Source: Candidatus Heimdallarchaeota archaeon
Lineage (GTDB): Archaea > Asgardarchaeota > Heimdallarchaeia > Heimdallarchaeales > Heimdallarchaeaceae
Direction: 5' to 3'
DNA: 64,000 nucleotides
NCBI GenBank assembly: GCA_019057815.1
Contig: JAHLWR010000008.1
Coordinates: 1 to 64,000, forward strand
A program made the translations under genes and the position numbers. This document shows positions 10,172 through 19,382 of the stretch, piece after piece. The notes beneath the pieces were generated by a model, which saw only the letters and a list, made by a program, of their open reading frames with translations, made no database searches and was not told the origin of the DNA. Position 1 is the first letter of the stretch. Every line of letters begins with the position of its first letter.

Positions 10172-11362
10172 CTATGTACCAAGCTTTTTCGAATGAAAGA
10201 GTATGTTCTGAACAACAGCTGCTCCTTCTCTTATTGCTGAGGTCGGATGATCTGTGCAACATGCCCGACAATCTCCAGCTGCAAACAACCCTTCGGTTTT
10301 AGTCATCATTTTGTCATTTGTTTTAATAAAACCATCATGCGTAAAATCTACCATATCGAGTACAGCATCTGCGTTAGGTTCCACTCCAATAAATACGAAA
10401 ACTCCGTCGGGATTTAGTGTTATTTTCTTTTTTGTAGTTGAATCAATAATTTTCAATCCAAATGGTTTTTCTTCATCCTTTATTATGAATTCTACGACCT
10501 CTTTATTCGCTACTAAATTGATCTTATCATTCCTTGAAACAGCAATTTGTTCTTCATGCGATGCTTTCCAATTCTCATGTCGACCTAGTATTGTTATTTT
10601 AGAAGCATATTTAGATAAAAATAAAGCTTCCTTGAACGCTTTATCTCCACTTCCAATTACAACTAATTCTTTATCTTTATAGAATGGACCATCACAAGCA
10701 GCACAGTAATGTACTTGGTGCCCTACTGTTTGTTCTTCTCCAGGGATATTTAGTCGTTGACTTCTTCTACCTGAAGCTACAACGATTATTTTCGCACCTA
10801 TTGTCCGACCGTAAGAGGTTCTAGCTCTAAAAGTGTCTCCTGATTTTTGTATTTGAACTATTTCTGAAGAGCCGATGAATTCAACACCAGCTGTGTTCCC
10901 CTGTATATTTAGTCTTTTTGCCAGATCATAACCGTCAATACCTTCAGGAAATCCAGGATAATTATCAACTTTTCTGAAAAAGCATAATTGTCCCCCAATT
11001 GCATCCTTTTCAACAATAGCTGTGTCAATGCCCGAATTTGCTAATAGAAGCGCACAATTCAATCCAGTTATACCGCTTCCAATTATAAGAATCTCGTGAA
11101 AATCCTTCCCATTAATAATATCTACTTCTAATTTTCTAGAAAGTTCTTCATTTGAAGGAACAGATAACACTGTACCATCTGTGAAAACAATAGTAGGGAC
11201 TCTTCGTTTTCCATCATTAAGTTTTCTAACAATTTCAGTTGCTTCTTCATCTTTATTTATATCAATAGTTTTGCAGACAATACCATTATCTTCTAAAAAT
11301 TTCTTTGTTCTTCTGCAATCTGAACACCAAGTAGTAGTATACACAACCTCTATTTCAGACAT
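10172..11362 (-). CDS. trxB: Glutaredoxin (NrdH/mycoredoxin-like)-thioredoxin reductase fusion
   Basis: N-terminal WCSDC and VPTI; then GSGITG, NYPGF, CAACDG, FAAGD motifs. Confidence 0.88.
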   Translation of the reverse strand: MSEIEVVYTTTWCSDCRRTKKFLEDNGIVCKTIDINKDEEATEIVRKLNDGKRRVPTIVFTDGTVLSVPSNEELSRKLEVDIINGKDFHEILIIGSGITGLNCALLLANSGIDTAIVEKDAIGGQLCFFRKVDNYPGFPEGIDGYDLAKRLNIQGNTAGVEFIGSSEIVQIQKSGDTFRARTSYGRTIGAKIIVVASGRRSQRLNIPGEEQTVGHQVHYCAACDGPFYKDKELVVIGSGDKAFKEALFLSKYASKITILGRHENWKASHEEQIAVSRNDKINLVANKEVVEFIIKDEEKPFGLKIIDSTTKKKITLNPDGVFVFIGVEPNADAVLDMVDFTHDGFIKTNDKMMTKTEGLFAAGDCRACCTDHPTSAIREGAAVVQNILFHSKKLGT

Positions 11363-11784
11363 GCTAGGGAGATATAATTGAGTGTTTTAAGCATTGTCCA
11401 ATGACACTATTAAGGGAAGGAGGACAATGGAATGATTTTTTTATACAATCAAGTTCATCTGTCGGTTTTTGAAAACGACAAAATAGATCTACTACAACCT
11501 CTCTTATCCCTCCTACACTCCATTTAGGGGTGTGCTTACGTATAGCTTATTGATGATGAAGACACGAAGATGTGACTACTTGTCTAAAATCCTTAAGTAC
11601 AATGGTGTGAAAAGGATACTTAAAATCCAACAAATGAGTGTGAAACAGTATTACCCGTAACATAACTTCTTTCTGTTTCTTTTTTTTGGGATTATCACTA
11701 AACATCTAAACACATATTCTATCATACACTCAGCTGAATAATCTATTCAACGCTTACATTTAAATATTAGAAAGTAAAGTTCTA

Positions 11785-12111
11785 ATGATGACTAAGGTTG
11801 CATACCATTTACTCTGCGATTGCAAGAAAGCTGTAAATGCTTATGCCTGTCCTGTATGTATTCTAGCGCCTACTGTCAAAAAAGAATATCATTATTATTC
11901 ATGTTCTCACTGTAAGATGGATTTTACATGTGATCATGCTTTAAAAATAAGTTTTGAGTTTGATGAAGGAGGTCTCCCTAGTCAAACTTCAATTGTCTGT
12001 GGAAGATGTGAAACTAAACTGGAAGAACATATCTGGCCTATAGAAGGTGAAGATCTTGAGAGAAATAATTATCCAAAAAAAAGTGTAAGCATTTATCACA
12101 GAAATTACTAA
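11785..12111 (+). CDS. Cys-rich putative multi-zinc-finger protein
   Basis: CDC, CPVC, CSHC, CDH, CGRC in 108 aa. Confidence 0.6.
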   Translation: MMTKVAYHLLCDCKKAVNAYACPVCILAPTVKKEYHYYSCSHCKMDFTCDHALKISFEFDEGGLPSQTSIVCGRCETKLEEHIWPIEGEDLERNNYPKKSVSIYHRNY

Positions 12112-12131
12112 AAAAAGAGAGAGTTTTAAAT

Positions 12132-13013
12132 TTAATTAAGAATTATTTTTCGTGATACTGGATCAAATTCTAGAACACTTATTTCGTGCATTGATATCAA
12201 AATAGTTTTGAGTATAACCGCTGATTTATCTAATCGCTCTGCAAGTTCATCTATTGTTAGAATTTTTGGAGCAGCCTTCTCTAACTCTAAGTATATACGA
12301 CCTTCATCACTGCTTTTCAGTATTTTGCGTATATTTTCATTTTGAGATAGACTTGGTCCAATTTTGGTTTTCATTTCTTCATATTTAGTTGTTAGAGCTT
12401 TGAATTTCTTCTTGAATTCATCTCTCTCGGATGCAATCTGTTGTAGATTACCCTCAATACTAGCTCTTTCAGTCTGTGTTTTACCTATTTTTTCAGCTAC
12501 ACCAGCTATTTCCTTATCAAGTTTGCTAATTCTTCCTGTTTTTTCTTTGAGTAAAATTTCTTGTTCCTTAATTTTATCTTCTAATTCTACAATTTCTTTA
12601 TCTCTTTCTTCTACAATCATCTTCTCTTGTTCTAATTCATTCTTAAAAGATTCAAAGAGGTTTTCAAAATCTGAAAATTGACTTTGTAATTTTTCAATAT
12701 CGCCCTTAAAAACTGTAGAAGAATCGTTTAACTGTTTTTTAATGTCTTTCTGAAAGTTAGTATAAGAAGAAGTTTTTTCTACAGTACTCTTAGCTTGTTT
12801 GGTTATTTCCTCAATTTTCTTATTAGCTCCTTCTAATTGAACTCTTGTACTTCCCAACTTATTATCCTGATCTTTACAAGTTTTTTCCAAATCTTGCAAT
12901 CTCTTCTCGTATACCTTTTTTTCTTTATTTAAATAACCTTCAAGGATATCTATCTTCTTTTCCAAATGTTTTATAACATTGTTAATATTGTCAAGATCTT
13001 TTCCTCTAAACAT
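12132..13013 (-). CDS. Long coiled-coil protein with probable C-terminal winged-helix domain
   Basis: About 220 aa heptad-rich region; C-terminal LTIDELAERLDKS...VLEFD wHTH-like pattern. Confidence 0.7.
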   Translation of the reverse strand: MFRGKDLDNINNVIKHLEKKIDILEGYLNKEKKVYEKRLQDLEKTCKDQDNKLGSTRVQLEGANKKIEEITKQAKSTVEKTSSYTNFQKDIKKQLNDSSTVFKGDIEKLQSQFSDFENLFESFKNELEQEKMIVEERDKEIVELEDKIKEQEILLKEKTGRISKLDKEIAGVAEKIGKTQTERASIEGNLQQIASERDEFKKKFKALTTKYEEMKTKIGPSLSQNENIRKILKSSDEGRIYLELEKAAPKILTIDELAERLDKSAVILKTILISMHEISVLEFDPVSRKIILN

Positions 13014-13120
13014 TTTATCACTTCAGAAGTACTTATTCTACAATCTTCGATTGATAAGTTTTAAACATTATTATAGTACTGTGTTAGAATAAAGGAAAAG
13101 CGATAGTAATACTATGAAGT

Positions 13121-13296
13121 GAAACTCTAATTCTGAAATGATTTCAAATCAGGGAACTAAATTTAATATTAAACTAAAATTTGTAAAACAGGTCCCAACT
13201 AACAATTAGCTAGTTTTGAGTTAAATAGCATGCAGCTAATGTTAGTTGAGTAATTCTAGATAATTGTTATTCAAATCATTTCTGATTTTTAGTTTC
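13121..13296. mobile_element. Possible MITE with 24-bp terminal inverted repeats
   Basis: 13121-13144 vs 13273-13296 inverted repeat 20/24; internal hairpin 13196-13211 / 13234-13248; no clear TSD. Confidence 0.5.
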
Positions 13297-13312
13297 TCGG
13301 TTTCTTTATAAG

Positions 13313-13539
13313 CAGTTTTTTGTACATTTTTAGTGTTTATATAGAATCGTATCGATTATCCCTTGAAGGATTGTAGATATGCACCAAATTCATGGTGATC
13401 CTCGGGTCTACATCCAACAAAAACTAAAAAGCGAAACCGTAAGCATTTTCATGAGAAGATGTGGGCGGTGTAGGAGGGTATGTGGCGTACCCATGATGTG
13501 CCCTAAGCACTTCTAAAGGATTTGTACAAAAATCATGTC
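13313..13539 (+). mobile_element. Non-autonomous 227-bp element related to E1, carrying a promoter and structured RNA (E2)
   Basis: ATAAG direct repeat 13308-13312 / 13540-13544; subterminal IR TTTTTGTACA 13317-13326 / 13523-13532, same as E1; TTTATATA box at 13336; stems TGTAGAT/GTCTACA, CATTTTC/GAAGATG, GGGTATG/CGTACCC with G.U pairs favouring the + strand. Confidence 0.75.
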
Positions 13540-13578
13540 ATAAGGTTGAGTCTTGAAATTCAGATTATTACCACCAAT

Positions 13579-13695
13579 TTATGCACCAATTAATTGAAAT
13601 CTAACTACTTGGGTTAATTGATCTAACTTGTTCAATTCTCGACTATATCCTTTTGCTACGCTTTTTTCAAATCGTTGAGTTATTTTTTTAATCAT
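13579..13695 (-). CDS. Small peptide P2 (38 aa) MIKKITQRFEKSVAKGYSRELNKLDQLTQVVRFQLIGA
   Basis: Read manually; AGGTGA SD; gap-free paralogue of adjacent P1. Confidence 0.7.
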   Translation of the reverse strand: MIKKITQRFEKSVAKGYSRELNKLDQLTQVVRFQLIGA

Positions 13696-13704
13696 TCTTA
13701 TCAC

Positions 13705-13827
13705 CTATTTTATTGCACCTACTAATCGTAGTCTGACTTCTTGAGTCAATCTTTCAATACTGTTGTATTGTTTTCCATATTCTTGTTCATGTCCGTTTTC
13801 CAGTTTTTGAGATGTTCTTTTAACCAT
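13705..13827 (-). CDS. Small peptide P1 (40 aa) MVKRTSQKLENGHEQEYGKQYNSIERLTQEVRLRLVGAIK
   Basis: Read manually; AGGTG SD; aligns ungapped with P2. Confidence 0.7.
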   Translation of the reverse strand: MVKRTSQKLENGHEQEYGKQYNSIERLTQEVRLRLVGAIK

Positions 13828-14367
13828 TTTTTTGCACCTATACTTACTATAGAGTCCCATTTATTAAGCAATTTTAAAATTCACTTGTTTTACGACCTAA
13901 CTCTAGAGTTTTAAAGAAGTTATTATTGATAGAAACATATAACCAAAGCTATAATGCTATAAACTAAAAGGTTAAAGTACCAATGACGAAACTCTAGCGC
14001 GTTTTAATCAGTGTTTCAAGAGTGATAGTTTCCTTCGAGATGAAGATTCTTTGAGCTTATTTTTTCAATATTCCCTACAGTAAAACTCCGCTCAACAGAA
14101 GATTTTCGTTGATTTGATTTTAAAAAATAATAATTAGAATAGAGAAATTAAATGTGGTACAATTAGATTTAGTATCTAATTTATCTTAACAGGTCATGAT
14201 CCACCAGAGTAGAAATTCTATGATCTTGCTTGAGAGTTAAAAGAAAAAATGTGATTCATAAAGAAGAATTCTTTCTTTTTTTCTTAATTTGCTTTAGATA
14301 GGTTTATTATAAATGGTGTTAAGTTTTATATAGAAATTTAAAAGCAAATTTGTATTAATATATCTTT

Positions 14368-17103
14368 GTGGGATTCAGAATGTTTAAGAGGAATACAATT
14401 AAAAACAGAATGTCATTCTTCATTTATTCCTCGATATTAACAATTACAATTCTATTTCTATTACTAGCTGGAGGGATTTTTGCTTCTGTTCAGACGGAAA
14501 AAAGTAAAGTAGAATCTTTGAAATATTCTGATATTGGATTGAACAACAACGAAGCTCCCAACCTGGCAGATTTCTCGTTTCTTGTTCTTTATGAAAGTCT
14601 TACAACAGAGGATAGCATCTTTCTTTCACAATTTATAGAAAATTTGACTTCACTTGGTAGTATGAATAATTTTGTACCACATGTAATTTTAAAAAAAATG
14701 AACATAGGTGTCCCAATTACTATTTCTACATCGACAACAAATATTTCTTATAACATTATAGGTGTTTCTCAATCTACTCTTAATTGGATGTTCCCCAACA
14801 CAACATTTTCGACAGATACAATTCACTTACCTAACAGTTTTAATCTATCAGAACACGTAGAAACAGGAAAAAATGTTACAATTAAATCATATAATAATAG
14901 TAAAGAGGTAACAATAGGACACTTTTACGATGAACCATACTTCATTTTCGATAATAAAATCACGGATGTCGGACTTGTTCCCTTGTCTTTGTTTTTTAAT
15001 TTGACAGAAAATCTCAACATACGATCCTTATATGTTTTTGGGCTTATTGACTGCGAATCAGACTATTTATGTAAGCTTTCACTTCAAAAAATTGATGATT
15101 ATTTTAACGAAGTTAAGGAAGATATAGATGTTCTAGCAGAAAAGAATAATGTTCTTATAAATTATTGGTTCTACTGGAGAGATAACTTTGCGGGAAGTAT
15201 AAGGGAAAATTTACTAACCCAATTTGGTCAACTTCAAGTTGTATTAGCTCCAACGTATTTGTTACTTCTGCTAATATTTTGGTTTACAATGACTGAAAGT
15301 TTTATTCCACTAAAAAAAGAATATCGTCTTTTTCTCACACGGGGAGCCAAACCCCGTAAATTTATACAACATTATTTAGTGATATTTATTCTTTTTGATT
15401 TCAGTTTTCTACTGTTATTTGGAATAATCGGAGAAATAATTTCGCAATTATCATGGCAAACTTCTTCTATAGGATTTTCGTTAATTTCTGGTATTTTAAC
15501 TCTTGTTTTACTTGAACTGATTAAAATAATAGCTTTAATACTCTTTACTAAACATGAACAATTATTCTTCAAAACTCAAACTGAAAAACCAAAATCATAT
15601 ATCAGCAAGAAAGGTTTGCCAGGAAAATATATTATTATTCTATTGGCATTTGGGGGAATTGTGCTCGGTTATTCTTATCTTATACCTTTATTCCTACCTT
15701 TTGAATCTCTTACTCCCGTGGTCCAGATAACAAGAATAGTTTCAGGTGTTATACTATTACTGACTATTGCCTTATTTTCTTCTAAACTCAGCTTAAATAC
15801 GCTTTTTCGCTTTATTCAACATTCCTCCTCAGTTTCTTTTTTGGCAGTATCTAAGCTTCTACACAGTTTGTTCCTTTCTAAAAGACGTCGTTTTCAATTT
15901 TTTAGTATAATCGTATTTTGGGTGATCTTACTTTCAACGTACGTTATTAATAGCTATGGCATGGATGTTCAGATAAAAAATCGCTATTGGGAGACTTATA
16001 ATCTTGATATAGGTTTGTATTTAGGGCGTTCGAAACCCGTAATGAATCGTGCTTATTACTTATTACTTGACGATGTTTCAAATATTCTTTCAGATAACGA
16101 TATTAAGAATTATATTCAGGTAGCGAGATTAAGAGTTGTAGAGGAAATTGGAGGAAATGAAGTGAACAGAGGAACCATTGTCTTCCTACCTTTTGCTAAT
16201 GTTACAGCTGCTTGCCCTTCATTTCTTTCTTTTGAAAATTCAAAGGGTGAAAGTGTGAATGCTTCTGCTTTTAGTGAAAATGAAAATCGTGTTCTTTTAT
16301 CTCATAAAGCAATTAGGAAAGAAAAATACATTGTGGGAGACAACTTGACTCTAAATATGCGGTTTCTTGGTCCTGTATTAAACTCTTCTTTAACAGAAAA
16401 ACAAAGTGTTAATATAACGATATATGATGATTTTACTTATGTTCCGTTTTTTAACAATGAACCTTTTTATGAATTTGGTGATTATGGAGATTATGTTTAC
16501 TTAGCGGATTTTTCTTTGATGGAGAAAATCTTTGGGGAATCGTTTTTTTCATACATTTTATTTGAACTAAAGGAAGATGTTGACCCACATCAGTGGTATG
16601 ATAAGATCCGAAATAAACTGAGTAATGTTGAGGATCAATTCATGATTATCTTTACAAAAGATAAGATAAAAGAATACTTAGATATATATGTACTTCTTCC
16701 AATAGAAGGATTCCTACTCTCTCTTATAGCTATATTCTTTACTTTTTTCTACTTTCAAGTAATTTTTAGAGAAAATGAAAAACAATTATTAACTTCTATT
16801 TCAAGAGGGATGAATCCCAAATTGCTACAGCGCACTATTTTCAAATGTTCTGTATTATTAGTAATGATAAACATACTATTGAGTTTTATAATGGGTGTAA
16901 TAATTTCCGTTGTAATTCCTTTTGGTCCTAGTTTTGAGGAAATCAAAATGTTTCAAATAAGTTTCCTTTCCTTTTTTGTTTTACTAGAATTTGGGGGGAT
17001 AATATTAGGGAGTCTAATCATGTTAATTATCAATCATATAACGCTTATGAAAAGGATTAATACATCCAATTTAACAACTTTAAGAGAAACAATATTAGGG
17101 TGA
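14368..17103 (+). CDS. FtsX/MacB-like ABC transporter permease (duplicated architecture)
   Basis: Two large extracytoplasmic domains each followed by TM bundles with LTRGA / ISRGM motifs; overlaps the ATPase gene. Confidence 0.75.
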   Translation: MGFRMFKRNTIKNRMSFFIYSSILTITILFLLLAGGIFASVQTEKSKVESLKYSDIGLNNNEAPNLADFSFLVLYESLTTEDSIFLSQFIENLTSLGSMNNFVPHVILKKMNIGVPITISTSTTNISYNIIGVSQSTLNWMFPNTTFSTDTIHLPNSFNLSEHVETGKNVTIKSYNNSKEVTIGHFYDEPYFIFDNKITDVGLVPLSLFFNLTENLNIRSLYVFGLIDCESDYLCKLSLQKIDDYFNEVKEDIDVLAEKNNVLINYWFYWRDNFAGSIRENLLTQFGQLQVVLAPTYLLLLLIFWFTMTESFIPLKKEYRLFLTRGAKPRKFIQHYLVIFILFDFSFLLLFGIIGEIISQLSWQTSSIGFSLISGILTLVLLELIKIIALILFTKHEQLFFKTQTEKPKSYISKKGLPGKYIIILLAFGGIVLGYSYLIPLFLPFESLTPVVQITRIVSGVILLLTIALFSSKLSLNTLFRFIQHSSSVSFLAVSKLLHSLFLSKRRRFQFFSIIVFWVILLSTYVINSYGMDVQIKNRYWETYNLDIGLYLGRSKPVMNRAYYLLLDDVSNILSDNDIKNYIQVARLRVVEEIGGNEVNRGTIVFLPFANVTAACPSFLSFENSKGESVNASAFSENENRVLLSHKAIRKEKYIVGDNLTLNMRFLGPVLNSSLTEKQSVNITIYDDFTYVPFFNNEPFYEFGDYGDYVYLADFSLMEKIFGESFFSYILFELKEDVDPHQWYDKIRNKLSNVEDQFMIIFTKDKIKEYLDIYVLLPIEGFLLSLIAIFFTFFYFQVIFRENEKQLLTSISRGMNPKLLQRTIFKCSVLLVMINILLSFIMGVIISVVIPFGPSFEEIKMFQISFLSFFVLLEFGGIILGSLIMLIINHITLMKRINTSNLTTLRETILG

Positions 17104-17771
17104 AGAAAGTGAATAATAAACTTATTGTGGAGAATTTAGAAAAGGTGTATAAAACTGAAGTGGAGACTATAGCTGTAAGAGACTTCAATTTAAAAATGAA
17201 CGCTGGTGAGATCGTTACACTAGCTGGTCCAAGTGGATCAGGAAAAACAACTATCTTATTCTGTATAGCTAGTCTTTTAGAACCTACTTTTGGTAAAATT
17301 ATTGTTAATAATAAAGTCATTAATACATTTCTTGCTGAAGAATTAATTGCTTACAGACGAAATATCGTTGGTATAATTTTCCAAAATTACAATCTTATAG
17401 AATATTTGACAGTTTTTGAGAATGTAGCTTTCCCTCTCTGGTTAGCCGAAAAGAAAAAGAAAGATGTAAAGGAAAGAGTCAATGATTTATTAGAAAAACT
17501 AGATATTGCTCGATATGCTCAAACTTTTCCTTGTTTCTTAAGTATGGGTGAACAACAAAGAGTAGCTATTGGAGTGGCACTAGCTAATGATCCAGAGATA
17601 ATTTTAGCTGATGAACCTACAGGTAATTTAGACCGTAAAACTGCTGATATTGTTGTTAATCTTTTAATTAACGAAGTAGAAGAGTCAGGAAAAATACTAG
17701 TTCTTGCTACTCATGATGAGAAAATTATTCATGATTCCGCAAGAGTAATTTCCCTTGAAAAGAGGACATAG
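17100..17771 (+). CDS. ABC transporter ATP-binding protein (LolD/MacB-type)
   Basis: GPSGSGKT, LSMGEQQRV, ILADEPTGNLD, ATHD. Confidence 0.95.
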   Translation: MKKVNNKLIVENLEKVYKTEVETIAVRDFNLKMNAGEIVTLAGPSGSGKTTILFCIASLLEPTFGKIIVNNKVINTFLAEELIAYRRNIVGIIFQNYNLIEYLTVFENVAFPLWLAEKKKKDVKERVNDLLEKLDIARYAQTFPCFLSMGEQQRVAIGVALANDPEIILADEPTGNLDRKTADIVVNLLINEVEESGKILVLATHDEKIIHDSARVISLEKRT

Positions 17772-18146
17772 ATCCACCAACTACTTTTGTGTTGTTAAAT
17801 CTTTATACAATGTTAATACTACTATACTCTCATTTTCTTTTAATACTTCTTCCCATATTTACATCTTTGAGATATTCTTTTACATCTATCAACTTTACAG
17901 AAAAAACATTCTTTAGTCATATATTATCTTTATTTCAGTGAAACAAATTTGCTTTACAGATATTTTTCTAATATTATTCAGAATAGAGCAAAGATAGGTA
18001 AAAGAATAGCATTTTAAACTGAACTACTAGTAACTCTTCTCTGAAAACAGCTAGAAAAATACTTTCAATTAACCCTCCATCGTCATCTTTGTAATTTTAA
18101 AATTATTTATTCTCACCTTGTTTAAACAGTTTATATATCAAAATCT

Positions 18147-19373
18147 TTGAATCAGAACACTATTAAAAGGTGGAAAAATATGAGTGCAATTTCTATTACA
18201 AAAAAAGAGGTAGATACCAAAAATAAAACAAAAAGTACTAAAAAACAAAATAGTACGAAGAAGGAGTCAGAGGTGATTTTACGTTTACCTGCTGAACAAA
18301 GATACAAAGAAGAATTAGAGTTTCTCCACACCAAAGATAATTATCCTAAACCAAAAAACTGGTTCTTATCTCCCCATATGTTAAAAATTTTCATTGTAGG
18401 CTCAAATAAGGAGGATAAACTAGGAAGAAATATTGAAAAGAAATTTTTTGGAAACACAAATCTAGTTGAGAGAGCTATTGTAACTTTATCAAGTGATAGA
18501 GGGCTTCTGCTAATCGGGGATCCTGGAACAGGTAAATCATGGTTAGCTGAGTTACTCGCTGCTGGTATAAGTCGCAATTCTACTTTAGTTGTACAAGGAA
18601 CAGCTGCTACAACAGAAGATCAAATCAAATATTCTTGGAATATTGCATCAGTAATCGCTAGAGGTCAATCTAGAGAGACACTGATTCCTTCCCCTATCAT
18701 GCAATCTATGGAATTTGGAAAGTTGGGAAGATTCGAGGAATTAACTAGGTGTACATCTGATGTTCAAGATTCATTAATTTCTATTTTATCAGAAAAATAC
18801 ATTTCTATTCCTGAATTGGATGATGATAATATTGTTTATGCAAAAGAAGGATTTAATGTTGTAGCAACAGCTAATAGTCGAGATAAAGGAGTCAATGAGC
18901 TTTCTTCTGCTCTTAAAAGGCGCTTTAACTTTGTTACTATTCCCATAGTTAAAGATTCAGAAACAGAGAAGAAAATTATCACATTCAGAATTCAAGATTT
19001 GATGAAAAAGAAGGGACTTACTTCAAAAATACCAACATCGTTACTGGATATTTTACTTGAAACATTTAGCGAACTTAGGATTGCTAATTCAGCAACGCGA
19101 AGTGATAGTGTAAAACTGGAATCAGCTCTTTCAACAGCTGAACAAATAAGTATTCTTGAAGATGCTATACTACAGACAATTTTTTTCAAAGGAAAAGGAT
19201 CTGAAGAAGCTTTAGCTCAATCACTCATTGGAGGATTAACTCGACGACTACCTGAAGATCTTGCGATGATAAACAAGTTCTGGCATTCAGTTATTCAAAA
19301 TAATAGTAAGAAATCCCCAAAATGGAATAGTTTCTACAGCGAAGGTCAAAAGACTATGAAATCATTCCAATAG
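18147..19373 (+). CDS. MoxR-family AAA+ ATPase (YehL-like)
   Basis: GDPGTGKS, RFEELTR, ATANSRDKGVNELSSALKRRF. Confidence 0.9.
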   Translation: MNQNTIKRWKNMSAISITKKEVDTKNKTKSTKKQNSTKKESEVILRLPAEQRYKEELEFLHTKDNYPKPKNWFLSPHMLKIFIVGSNKEDKLGRNIEKKFFGNTNLVERAIVTLSSDRGLLLIGDPGTGKSWLAELLAAGISRNSTLVVQGTAATTEDQIKYSWNIASVIARGQSRETLIPSPIMQSMEFGKLGRFEELTRCTSDVQDSLISILSEKYISIPELDDDNIVYAKEGFNVVATANSRDKGVNELSSALKRRFNFVTIPIVKDSETEKKIITFRIQDLMKKKGLTSKIPTSLLDILLETFSELRIANSATRSDSVKLESALSTAEQISILEDAILQTIFFKGKGSEEALAQSLIGGLTRRLPEDLAMINKFWHSVIQNNSKKSPKWNSFYSEGQKTMKSFQ

Positions 19374-19382
19374 TGTGATAAA

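Noticed and set aside
14191-17779. Imperfect direct repeat AGG(T/A)CAT(A)GATCCACCA flanking the ABC operon as att sites
   Set aside because: Only 9 bp are perfect, no recombinase is nearby, and it could be chance or a duplication remnant.
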